A DNA stretch of 64,000 nt from assembly GCF_025526975.1 (NCBI RefSeq), contig NW_026515690.1, positions 1 to 64,000 of the forward strand, given 5' to 3'. The notes below the pieces were generated by a model. It had not been told where the DNA came from. It ran no database searches and saw only the letters and a list, made by a program, of their open reading frames with translations. Of this stretch, positions 1 to 11,400 are shown in pieces (position 1 is the first letter of the stretch; each line of letters begins with the position of its first letter). Origin of the DNA: Fimicolochytrium jonesii (taxonomy: Eukaryota). The translations under genes and the position numbers were made by a program.

Positions 1-3000
1 GATGGAGCTGTTCATCCCCACCAGCGAAGATCTTGTCCCCCAATGGCAAGTCATTCGAAAAGACCGCTTGATGGGGAGCCATCTGATGTCCCTCCGCAAC
101 ACCACCGGTATGCTCTCCTCCCATCGTCCACAAACCATTCGCCTGATCGCCCGCAACCAACGGATGATCGCTGTTCCCGAATTTCAAACCATCCACATGG
201 CCGCCGAACAACTGTATGACCGGATCCAACTCATCATCGGCTACCTTTGCGCCACCTGCCTGCTCTCCCCGAATGCGGCTCTCGCGGTTGCTAGGCAGCT
301 CATTGCGAATTACACTGTCGTGCCAACGTGGCCCCGCGACGTCACAAGGCTTCAGCTCCCAAGCGTGCCCATCCAGCAATCGGGTGACACGTCCAACTCC
401 GTTGACATCGCCTTCTTGACCTCCATGGCGTTGAGTGATCCGTGGGCGCAGAGCGGATCCCAGGTGCGACAATTGCTGACTGAAGGTGCAACGGCGCACC
501 GTCACCGGGAATCTGTTCGGAACCATATGGAAAGCGCTTTAGCCACGGGTGGTTATTACTTCATCATTGCTTACCCTCGATATGCTTGGGTTCCAAGTCG
601 AATCGGCTTCGGTGTGGTATCAACGTTTTTGCCTCAGAACGTTGCCGGTCACTCGGAGCTGCACCAGACCTCCAGCTCGGCTCAGTTCTTCACTCAAGTC
701 CTGATCCTTCAGCAACCCGTTGCTGGCAGAGTTAGCGGTGTCCTTATCTCTGCTCACGATCCCGCCGCTTTCTCCTTTGAAAGTGTTGCCCAAGTCCTGA
801 GGACCGCCGCGTCCACATTGATCTGGTCAGGTGCTCAACCGCGCATAACCGACCGCAACATCACCTTCACAGCACCCATCCAGTGGAGCTCTCTGCCGGT
901 CCCACTCTTCCGTTCAGATGGCGCTATGAATACCTGGACCTCGTCCAATCGCCTCGTTTCCGCCGTGCGCGCCATGCCTCCCATGGGAAATGTTGTTACG
1001 GACTCCGAGGCCCAGCGGAATGCGGCAGCACAACCCAGTCCGAGGACAGATGCCCTCGCACAAGCCCTGTCGCAGGCCTCAACCGTTATCCTGTACATCC
1101 GCGCGTCGACAATACTCCAAACGGAGGCCGGGCGAGGAGGTTTGGAACGGCAATTGGTCTCTATGGTCAACGCGATCAATGCTGTTGGATTGCCTACTCC
1201 ACCCACGCGGGCCATCATAGCCGTTGAGTACTGTTCCACCAGTCAGCATCCATGGCGCGACCGTCGTCTTTTTCCACTGGTGACCCAGAGACTCTCTCAG
1301 GCTCCGACCGCTGGTGGTACTGTCCTCATGACGGTAAACCCGGATCGCCTCACCCGCCGCGGCGATGAATTCGAAGACATCTTCAGCGACCTCGTCGATG
1401 CCAACATCACCTGGGTTACCCAAGGCGTCGTGCCCGCGACGTCAACTTGGAGACAAGGACTTCCAGCGAGTCTCGATCTGATACATCAAGTCGCGCACGG
1501 CCGGGAGCTCGCGATCCAGCATGGCTTCTACAGTCGTTCGGTAGCAGCCCAAGTCCGCGTCATCACAAGCGACCAAGACGAGAGTGTGAAGCATATCCAA
1601 GAAGGGACAACGAGTTTGCTGAAGGGGTCAAAGTGGATCGTCATAGCCATTCTCCGCATCAGCCCACCTTTGTTCGTTAATCAAGGCCCGACTCCTCCGG
1701 GGAGCCTGGACCGACAACTGACTTTCCTGCAGTCCTTCTGCATCGAGCCCATCGAACATGTGCTTCGCCTAAGTGGAGTCTCAGCCTACAACGGTACCGC
1801 TGTCGAGCAGGTCCGCCTCCGCATCGCCACACTTCCCGCCAACCCCCCTGCACTTTGCCTCGTTGCTTCCGTTGACCGCCTCCTTCGACGGTCCTCTCAA
1901 GTCCAAGTTGCCGAACAACATCTCGCAGGTCGGCACAACATTATCTCCTTCTTGTGGTCATACGAGACAGTGGAATCCCTCCTAGATACCGACGAAGGCA
2001 TGGCCTTCCTCTCGTCTGTGTGTGCAGATATACGCCCTTTCCTGGATCAGCTTGCCATGGGCAGTAACGCGCTCGCATTGCCGATCGTGTGGCCCATGCT
2101 CTGGTTCGATCACGACAACGGGCTCACAAACCCTGCCGTACTCCAAAGCGCCGGGAAGGCCGAGGACTTCTGTACGGGGTTCATAGCCTCACAGTGGCAA
2201 GGTGAGCCCAGCACCGAGTTGCCGCGGAACCTTCTCGATGTGGGTGATTCCGTCGCAAGGGGTTTCCATGACCAACGGCGCGCGGCCTGGGAATCATATG
2301 TCGAAGGAGCGCTACCCGATACCAATACGCAAATCATCAGTTTGCAAGGTACAGTACGGAATCCGTTTCCTCATGCAAACCAGAGACACGTACCATACTG
2401 ATCTTCCTCTCCTCATCTCAATCTCACCAAGGAAAACAAGCGTGGGACTGCTCCTGTCCCGCCGCATCTCGGAATCAACCGCATTCAGAGGAGTGTGTCT
2501 GTGACTGCGCCCACTGCATGGAACAGAGATCTTCATCCTGCCCATGTAGCTATGACGACATTATCCGGATCACTCCTCGGACAAAGCAGGCGTCGTTATC
2601 CCCTGCGCTTTGCAGGTGCCATGCCTTGTGCACGTGCACATGCGTGTACTGCCACAAGCCTGGAAGTCGAACGCGGAGTAAGTATCGTTCCTGTATATGT
2701 GTAACTTCGTCTTGCCAACCTTTTCGCATGTTTTCTGCTTCCCTAGCCTTGAAACGGACTCGCTCTGACCTGACGGATCCTTCAAGCCAATCACAACAAA
2801 GTCAACTGACTCAATCCGCCTCCGGTTCACAACAGCAGGAAGGTCAACTGACTCAATCTGGGTCCGGGTCGCAATTGACGCCTCTCGTGTTTGCGGAAGT
2901 GGGAGAAGACCCAGCGAGTGACGTGAGCTTGCCGCCTCCAGCGGCCTCCACTTTGACTCCAGCGACTTTGGCAGCAACTGGCTCCGTGCTGTCGAAGTCG

Positions 3001-3875
3001 AAGTCAATGGAGTCGCCAGAGCCGCTGGAGTCTGGGAGTCCATTGACTTCGCCTTCGACAGCAACTCCAGTGACTGCAGCGACTCGACCAGCGCAAGCCG
3101 TTGGCCCCGCAACTGGCCGAGTACCCTTTCAGCGCATCCCGCGCATGACGGCACCGGTCAGGGCAGTTGATCCTAGAGAGCGCATTCGTGCTCCGATACG
3201 ATCCCGGAGAGGATCCCCCCTTGCTGCAACGGTAACGACTTCTGTTCCCACCCCGCCTGCGACTCAAGCGCAGCATCCGCTGTTTAGTCTCCCGCCAACA
3301 GCAACTGGACCGGTTGGGAGCAGCACTTCCACTTCCGGATTGCTTCCTTTTGGCAGACTTCCGCCGGGAGTTCAGATGGGGGCCAGGCTTCCTCCGGGCG
3401 CCCCGCTGCCTGGGCCTGCACATAGGACGTGCGAGACACCCGGATGCTCAAATCCAGCTCCACTTGGAGGTGCCGGAGGCATGAAATGCCAACCTTGCTA
3501 CAAGAGGTCCCTCCAAGATCGGAAGGCCGCCGCGGGGGACTCGATATGTGCACGTCCTGGCTGTGATAACCGTGTCACAAACAAGAAGGTCAGATACTGC
3601 AGTACCGCTTGCTACGAGCAAACGACAGCAAACCCAAAAGAAGTGCCCCACCTGCGGCAAGGTGGTTCTCCCAGGCCTGGGAAGATTTTGTGAGGCCCAT
3701 GTTGTGCGAACCAAGAAACAGAGGAAGGAGTAGGAGCTGGTGGATTGTGCACAGTAGTGTGTTGAGGTGCTGTATATCGGGGCGGGATCAGTTTGTGAGG
3801 CCGCTTAGTGAGAATCGCGGCTTATGGGGATGCCGTCAATTTCGACGCGCCCGTCGTACCCTACATCCTACTGTA
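1..3875. mobile_element. Right part of a putative TIR-bounded element carrying the tandem serine-recombinase gene; terminus ...CATCCTACTG|TA at 3864-3875
   Basis: 3830-3858 is an exact 29-bp reverse complement of 37729-37757 inside the MITE. 3864-3873 plus TA equals the MITE terminus. The other end is not in the window. Confidence 0.6.
2..3733 (+). CDS. Large spliced protein with two tandem serine-recombinase/resolvase-like catalytic domains, a Cys-rich segment, an S/T/P-rich linker and C-terminal Cys/His zinc-finger-like motifs. May be 5'-truncated by the window edge; apparent 1-bp frameshift near 3635.
   Basis: Domain 1: VILYIRAST..Q...GLERQ...E..S...RDR...VLMTVNPDRLTRR (Ser codon 1106). 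Domain 2: IAILRISP...SLDRQ...SGVSA...CLVASVDRLLRR (Ser codon 1661). Both match the Y-x-R-x-S...L-x-x-Q...S...DRL-x-R serine recombinase pattern. Intron 2349-2431 (GT...TACTGAT...AG) joins ORF 2..2401 in frame to ORF 2518..3693. A probable 69-nt intron lies at 2678-2746. Confidence 0.8.
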
Positions 3876-3989
3876 CATATATGTAGGATACGTTGCTACA
3901 ACGGCGTAGTCAGATTGGTAGCCGAAGAGAAGGTGTAAACATCAATAGCATCTTAACGTGCATTCCGGTGTATCAACGTTGAAATTTCA

Positions 3990-4384
3990 ATGGAAAGTCC
4001 GCCGTCCCTCGTATTCACCACAACAAGCGTGTTCCCCACGAACACCTTCACTGTCACTGAAAACCGGGAGCACGGACAGTGGGACACCCAACGCTGGTCG
4101 TGCCATAGCACCGGAATTTGGTGGCGCCGAACGGGACTGTTGTATGTACTTGGAGCGGGCCCGTTGCAACCTCCAGAGGTCCCTGAACCTTCGCAGCAAA
4201 CAACAGGTCACCTTCGAAGCGTGCACCTCCACCACGGACCACCAACGTGAAGATCGTCCCTAGCGGTGAGTTGCCTGCCACGGTGAACGTGGACCTAGAG
4301 AACGTGGAACGCTCCCTCACCGTTCTGAGGAGCGAACCGAGGTGGCAGGTGCTGAAGGACCGCACCAAGTTCATTCCAGTCTAA
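3990..4384 (+). pseudogene. Possible small decayed or hypothetical gene
   Basis: ORF MESPPSLVF...WWRRTGL, a GTATGT...CAG candidate intron, and a coding-looking tail ...NVKIVPSGELPATVNVDLENVERSLTVLRSEPRWQVLKDRTKFIPV* in a shifted frame. No recognisable domain. Confidence 0.25.
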
Positions 4385-4801
4385 GTAATGGTCAACTATG
4401 TAATTGGCAGTCTGTCCACGTTAAAGCGCTTGCGAGGACGTAAGGACGTTAAAGCGCTTGCGAGAATATTATGTAAAGCGTCGTTGAAGTTGTGGATGGA
4501 AGTATTCGAGCGTGAAGCGGATGGTGGTTTCGCGTCGTTTTTAGGATAGGCTTTGAGGATTCTCAGGATGCACTAATACTACAACAACGCATGGCTCGGA
4601 TGTTGATTTGGCTCGCAGAGAGAGAATGCGGGTGATGGAGTGCGAGAATGCGAGTGAGAGAGCGAGAAAGAAAGACGGAGTTGCGAATGAGAGAGCGAGA
4701 GTGAGAGTGACAGGAATCGAGGTCGATAGCTTGGATGTGGCGAGGAGACTATAGCGAGCAATCTAAACTTATTCATAACGTCCGAAGAAATTTGTCCGAA
4801 G

Positions 4802-4934
4802 AAAAAAAAAATTGTCCCTCCGAAGAGGGGATCCACTCTAGATATGCGTGTCATCCTTGCACAGGGGCCATGCTAATCTTCTCTGTATCGAAATCCAATA
4901 TAGTAAGTGTCAGAGGGGTGTTGCCACCCTTGAC
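4802..4934 (-). ncRNA. U6: U6 spliceosomal snRNA
   Basis: Minus strand reads GUCAAGGGUG-GCAA-CACCCCUCUGAC (5' stem-loop)...CGAUACAGAGAAGAUUAGCAUGGCCCCUGUGCAAGGAUGACACGCA..., containing the ACAGAGA box, AGC triad and ISL, followed by a T10 Pol III terminator. Confidence 0.97.
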
Positions 4935-5413
4935 ATTTTATGAGATGAAGTTGGTGGGTGGCACGTTTGATTTGCAATGCCATAAACGAAGAATGGGTAC
5001 GGAATTGAGCCTGCCCTCGCCCTTCCATCTGTTTCCAACAGGAGCTGTCCCCAGCGGAGGGCGGCAATGCAAATCCGGCAGTCGATTTCACCAGGCGCTA
5101 CCCCGCAATGTTCTTTTCCGGTGTTTTTCCTGTCCGCATGGAGGTTTGAAGCGCTCGCCGCAAGCCCAGACTGACAGTATTTTAAACCTCAGGCGAGGTC
5201 TTCTTTTGACGGGATGTGACGCGTCGCGTTGGAACTTGGAAAGCGTGGGAACAATTCTGGCAAGAGGCCCCCTCCGGCAGGCGCATAAAACGAAGCTAAA
5301 CCGTCTCCTCAGGGACCCCCATAAGTCATCGTTCGAAAGCATTGTCTCACTTACAAGTCCGAGAACCAACACCCAACCCGGACAGGTCGCACAAACAAAA
5401 GCAACGTCCGGCC

Positions 5414-8400
5414 ATGACGGCTATACGCCACTCAGAAGAATGGAGAGCTACTCTGCCTTACAATATTGACGGCGATGGGGAGGCTATGCTAAGGGAGATA
5501 AAACAAGGCGTTGCAACCGCCGTAGCAGCGGCGGACTATGCTCCGGGCTGCTTCAGATGGTTCAAGAGGTTGAAGAGGTGGGTGATTGTGAGGGGAAAGG
5601 GCAGGGAGGAGGGGGGATTTTGCGGGCGTGGCGGTGATGGTGAGGGTATCGACCGGCGGTTGTCGCTAGCGGAGCCAGCAGGATTTCGTTGTGTCGGCTT
5701 GATCAAGATGGCTGCTGGCTACTGTGGATCTCAACCCACACGTTGTCTCCTCCCCACTCCCCATGAAAAATAGTTATCTGGAGCTGAAGTACCCATTGTC
5801 ACTCGACGACCGCGCCAACTTTGCGCTGATCTTGAACGAACTGATATGTATACCGGAGATGGACCTGAACGTCGTAGGGTTCTTTGCCATACTATTGGCA
5901 AAGTTGATCAAGTAAGTGGTGCCTCTGATGATGTCCACTGACCGAGAATGCCTATCGACTGACCGAGCACCTTTTCCCGATCAGGCGAAAGGAGGACATT
6001 CCATCAGATCGTATCACCCTGAAATGGCGACCGCTATACAAGCGCATCAAAGATCTATCCACGCCAAAGGACATCTCACGAGTGTCCATGGGCAGCGCCG
6101 CAGTCGCTGGCGCCGTCGCATCCGTCGTTTCGCGCGGCAACCGCTTCTTCCCTCCAGAAGCAACCCAAGAAATTCTCGAAGAGCTTCTACCACGCATCAA
6201 CGCGCACGAAACGGGATGGCTTGCGGTCGCCAAAGCTCTACTCGCAATGCTACTTCCCACCGAAAAGCCCCCTCCTCTTCCAGAGTCCCTCAAATCCACA
6301 GCCGGCGTCGCGCCATTCTTCTGGGTCCCGACCCTGTTCTCGCTATGGTCCCTCTCTCGCGGCTCAGGACCGGAGATTAGCATGTTCCTGGAGCTTCTGA
6401 GCCGACTGGTGGAAGACCAAGCGCCGTGTCCTTACAATGTTAATTTCTCTGAAGCCCAGGTTCGACAAGTCTTTGCCGCGGGATTGGGAACGCTGCAACT
6501 CCCCGTGGGAAGCGGCACAAACGCAAACACGGCTAGTGGCGGGCAGGGCGGCCGGATGGGGTCCATGATGATGAACCGCGCGAACGGCGGTGGAGCAGGT
6601 GGTGGTGCCGCGGCTGTGTTGGGGCAGAAGGCGACGGTTGATCCCTTCGCGGGCTTTGTCGTCTGGACTTTCTTTCCAAAGAATGCGCCTGGTGTTCAGT
6701 TCAACACTATGACGCATTTGAAGGAGATGATTCAGGCGATTGAGAGTTACTACCATCCGTCGAATTCGGGACAGTGGACGTATCCCCTTACAAGGATGCT
6801 TCAGATGCTCGGGTTTCAGTATCTGCGAAGATTACGCTATGGTGCGTGCGTTTGCGCTGTCAGGTTATGACCTGAAGACGTTCATGCTTACAATCTGTGC
6901 GTTTCAACAGAGGCACAGCCCGACTGCCCCGTTCCACCCGAATACCGCTTGACATCTGAAATGTCTCACGAATTTGTAACTCTCCTGCGTCCCATCGTTT
7001 TCCTCTCAATGTTTGGCAAAGACCAGCTATCTGTCCACTGCTCACATGCCGCACTCAAATACTTTGCCTGGATCCAACCTGCGGAGGTCTTGCCAGGGCT
7101 ATTGGACCGCGTCTACCCAGCCCTGGAAACAGTCACGGAAAATCATCGGACGATCAGCTGCATCGGCGCATTGACGCAAGTCGCGCTACCGCTATTGAAC
7201 AGGAAACATTATCCAGAGGGCGGTGCGCATATCCCCGCTTTGCTGGATCTGGTGTTACCCGGCATCGATCCCAACGACCATCAGAAGACGTTTGCGGCGC
7301 TGAATTTCATTCGACAGGCGCTTGTGTGCATCCCTCTCGTGGATTTGACAAAAAGCCCGGTGCCGGCAGAAGTCGCGGCGGAGCAAACCATCGAAGACGA
7401 GGAGTGTCGACTGGCCACGGCGGTGTTTGAGGACTGGGTCGTTCGGTTCCTCGACAGAGTGTTCCTGGTCTTTGAAAACTTGCCGCAGGAGCACGGCCAC
7501 ATCAAAAGCAAAAACTCGCTAGAATCCTCCATCATCCGCTTGATCAAAGTTACATGCCACCTCGTCTTTATGCAAATGTCGCCCGAGATCGAAGGCATCG
7601 CCGTGCGGAAGGTCGCCAATTTCGTCACCGAGAACGTCATTGCAAACGCCACGAAAGCCGTCGGCTCCCTTTGTGGGATGACCGGTACGCCCAAAACACG
7701 GTTGGCGACCTTCGTCCCGCTCTGCCACAAGCAAATCATGACTGAGCTGGAACACGGCGCGAGTTCGGATAGCGTCACGCGGTCGTCGTCGTTCCCGTTC
7801 GGGTTTGCGGCCATGTCGGACGCCCGCCTGCATTGGCATCAGTGTATCCTGTTCAACGTAGTTGCGCAGAGCGGCGCGGAGGTTCTGAATTGGAAGAAGG
7901 AGATCATGGAGGTCGCTGTGGCGAGTATCAAGGCGTGTAAAAGCCAGAGAGGGTGGAAGTGGGCGGGGAAATTGATCCGGCTGGTGGTCAGCAGTTCGTC
8001 TTCGACATATCCACTTGAGATGAGGAGCTTTGGGAGCACGGCGTGGAAAAACGAGGCGTTCGTTGCCGCGAGCCACATGCACTGGGGCGAACCCTCCGAC
8101 CAGAAGAACTTGGATATCGACTGGCACTCCCCGAACGATGAGGAAAAGAAGCTTGCACTGGAAGTGGTGGATGAGCTTGTTCCGCAGGCGTTAGGGGAGC
8201 TGAAGCGGTTGTTGGGAGAAGTGCAGGATGGGACGCGGGTTGGCGATAAACGGGTGCATAGCAATGAGATTCAGAAGTGGACGTCGGTTCTGCATAACTG
8301 TCTGAGGGGGATGACGAACCTTATTGGACCGGAGGCTCCGCAATCAGAAGTGCACGGGCATTCATCCACTGCGAAGAGCACTGACGTCATGGAAATCGAC

Positions 8401-11400
8401 CCACCACCGGGCGAAGAAGGCTCACACGACGTCGAAGCCGCGGATGAGGAGGAAGAGCGCATGCGAGATCCCCTATCCTGCCGCCTCCCGGTCGCCGCCG
8501 GCTACTGTTTCGAACCCGGCACCCCCCAACACGCCCGCGTCCAAGCCCTCCGCGACGAAATAACCCTCTACCTCGAACAAGCATCCCAGACTTTCCGAAC
8601 CCACTCCGAAGACGACATCGAATCCACCATCCTCCTCATCCGCTGCACCATCACCCTCCTCAGCAACCGCGGGGTCCCACGCACCGTCTACGAGAGCCTT
8701 GTCCACGTGTACGCCTATCTGCGCATGATGCTGACGGAAGGCAAGGATGTACCGGACAAGATCGTCCCCCGGTACGTGCGCGTGTCGAAAGCCACGTTGC
8801 TGCATCTCGTGAGACTGGAGTATAACGCGGGCTGCGGGCCGGTTGTGGCGTCGCAGAAGCGGCTGGTGAGGGAGTTGGCGGAGTGGTGTGTATCGCGGTA
8901 TGCGGTGGTGAGGAAGGAGGCGCAGAGGGCGGTTTCGACGGTGTTGCGGTGTTTTCCGGCGTCGGTGAGGAGGGCGGTGTTGAATGGCGCGGTTACGATT
9001 GTTGCGTCCGAGGGGAAGCAGAGGGGATGGCTGCCCGCGCCTGCCGCCAATTTAGCAGAGGGGTTGGATGCGAAACATGTGGCGGATATCGAGGCGGATC
9101 GGCTGAAAGGCGCGTTGTACCTCCTCAAAGCATCTGCGATGGTCGGGATGGCCGTCAAAGATTATCAACCGCTCAGGAAGGTCCTCGTCGCGCTCGCAAA
9201 AGCCTATACATCCGACAAAAAGTCGATCCAAAAACGCTGGGTGGTTCTGTCGAAAGAAATTCTGGGCAGGTATCAAGAAATCGCCATCGGGCTCCCCATC
9301 TCGGACGACGCGGTGGCCGCCTCTCGGAAGCTCGTGGACGTCAGTACCGTGGATCAAGGCCTCATAACGAGCAGCACAACACGCGCCAAATCACACGCGG
9401 AGAAGAACAGGGATGCGTACAATGGCATGATTGTAGATCTGATCCATATCCTGGAACGCCCGGGGATCCCGATCACGTACCGTTCGGTCCTCGTCAGCTG
9501 TGTCGAACTCGTGTTGCGGGAAGACGCACCCGTCCCCGGCGATGTTACGAAGTTTGCGTTGGAGAAGATCAACTCGGACGAGTTGTCGTTGAGGCAGGTC
9601 TCGATGCGGCTGTTGCATAAGGTCATGTACATCATCAAGCATCGGTCGAAGGTGTACAGCCCGGAGACATGCCCGGCTGTGCTGTGTACGACACACGAGA
9701 TGGTGGATCCCCAGGCGGTGCTCAATGGCCCGGCGAAGCGGATCCAAAGTGCGGAGGAGTGGCGCACGACGGTATTTGTGGACGACATGAAACCAGGGTG
9801 GCTCTGCTGGCCTGCGAAGGTCAAAGTTCGGCGCGGTTACTCAGGAGCGGTTGCGTCTGATAGTTTCCAATTCAACGACCCGGAGTCGAGCGAGAGTATC
9901 CAGCACCTCACGACGCAGCTCACATCGAACGACTTCTGGACGTTATACTTTAAGTTCCGCTCGCTGGAGAATGCGGGAGGCGGCGGAGGAGCTGAGGCTG
10001 CCACCGCGGTAGGGAGCGCACCCGCCGAACGCTTCCAGAAATCTGCCGCTGCCGTCTACGCGTATGCATGCACCATCATCGGACCACGTGTACTTGAATC
10101 CGTGAAACCGTTCGTCACGCAACTCTCCGAGGCGCCAGTTACAGACAAAGCCGCGCAGCGGGCGATTATGGAGGTCGTCGCCGGCTGCCTGGCCGGGTCC
10201 AAGTACTGGCGGTTCGAGGACGTGCAGACGTGGGTGTGGACGTGGGCTACGGAGATTGTGCAGAAGGGCTTACAGATTGCGGACACGGAGACGTTCGCGC
10301 TGTGGGCCCCTGTGCTGCGATACGGATTGGCGCAACGAGATCCTAGCCGACATCTTCCGTTGATCACCAGCCTGCTCTCGCAAACCTTGGATCCGACATC
10401 GCAGTCGTTTTTCACGGAGTCGAAGAAATTGACTACTGCTCGCATGATACTTACGACTTACAACTGGCGGATTGTATCGCCGTCGGCGTCGACGTCGATG
10501 GTCACTGAGTCGCATGTAACGCTGCCATTACCATTGGGCGAGCTGCTGAAAACGTATCTGGCTGCCTTGGGACATCCGTACGAGCAAGTCCGTCAGAACC
10601 TCGGCGCGAATATTTCCGCTGCCGTTAGCGCCGCGTGGGCCATTCGGGCAAAGGACGTGGCGGCCGTATTTGATCTTTCTAGACCGCAAGTCACGGGAGC
10701 GAGTGGGCAAGCGTTCATGCCCACCGAGCTGGATGCGGTTAGCCGACCAGTTGTTGGAGACCTGGTTAGGCAGCTGGTCACGCTTCGAGAGAGACTAGCC
10801 ACGAGTGGCGAGAAGGAGGGAACTAGTGAACAGGGTTTGGAGTATAAGAACGCTGGGATGACGGGTAAGCAGAAATTTCTTCTTCCAGGTGGCATCGATC
10901 CTTTCTAACTTCCCAACTCCATTACTGTAGTTCTATCCTGGCTCTCGAACTCCCTGATGTCACCAACAGTCGCCAGTCACTATGCCTACATTCCGCACCT
11001 GATGCCGGAAGTCCTGCAGATGCAAGTCTGGGGCGACCAAGACCTGCAACGTAGTGCTCAACTCATGTCGCAGCTGTACGTCAATCTTCCTCACCCCGAC
11101 ACGATGGTACCGGCAGCGCTGGATATGCTGCTCCGCACCAGCAGTCTGAATGCGCCAGCACCCGCGGACTCGACAATGGTGTTGAGTCCATCGCCAAGTC
11201 CTCTCGTACGATGGCAGCTCAGGTGGCGAGTCCTTCCACTGCTCCAAATCTTTTATTTCCGGCACTTGTTCTACATTCAATCCGATGTCGCCCTTCGGGT
11301 CGTGGAAGGCGTCGTAGATCTCCTGCTAGCCGACCCACATGTGGAAGTCCGCCAGCTGGCGTCAGTGACCCTCGCCGGTCTCATTCGATGTTCGCATCGA

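Noticed and set aside
3633..3639. Programmed -1 frameshift at C CCA AAA
   Set aside because: The -1 frame gives a featureless peptide. The zinc-finger continuation is in the +1 frame, so a 1-bp indel is more likely.
1..3875. IS607/Fanzor (TnpB-like) element
   Set aside because: No RuvC/TnpB motifs are visible in the window, and the recombinase lacks an obvious IS607-type N-terminal HTH. A partner gene upstream of the window cannot be excluded.
4615..4710. GA-rich tract as a functional element
   Set aside because: Degenerate simple repeat with no further structure.
4712..4724. Downstream B-box for U6 (CTCGATTCC on the minus strand)
   Set aside because: It lacks the GTTC/GGTTCG core and is too weak to call.
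4735..5469. 244-aa ORF and other antisense or overlapping ORFs in the track (e.g. 13648-14409, 23588-24265, 54999-55823)
   Set aside because: They overlap U6 or are shadows of real genes in GC-rich DNA, with no motifs.
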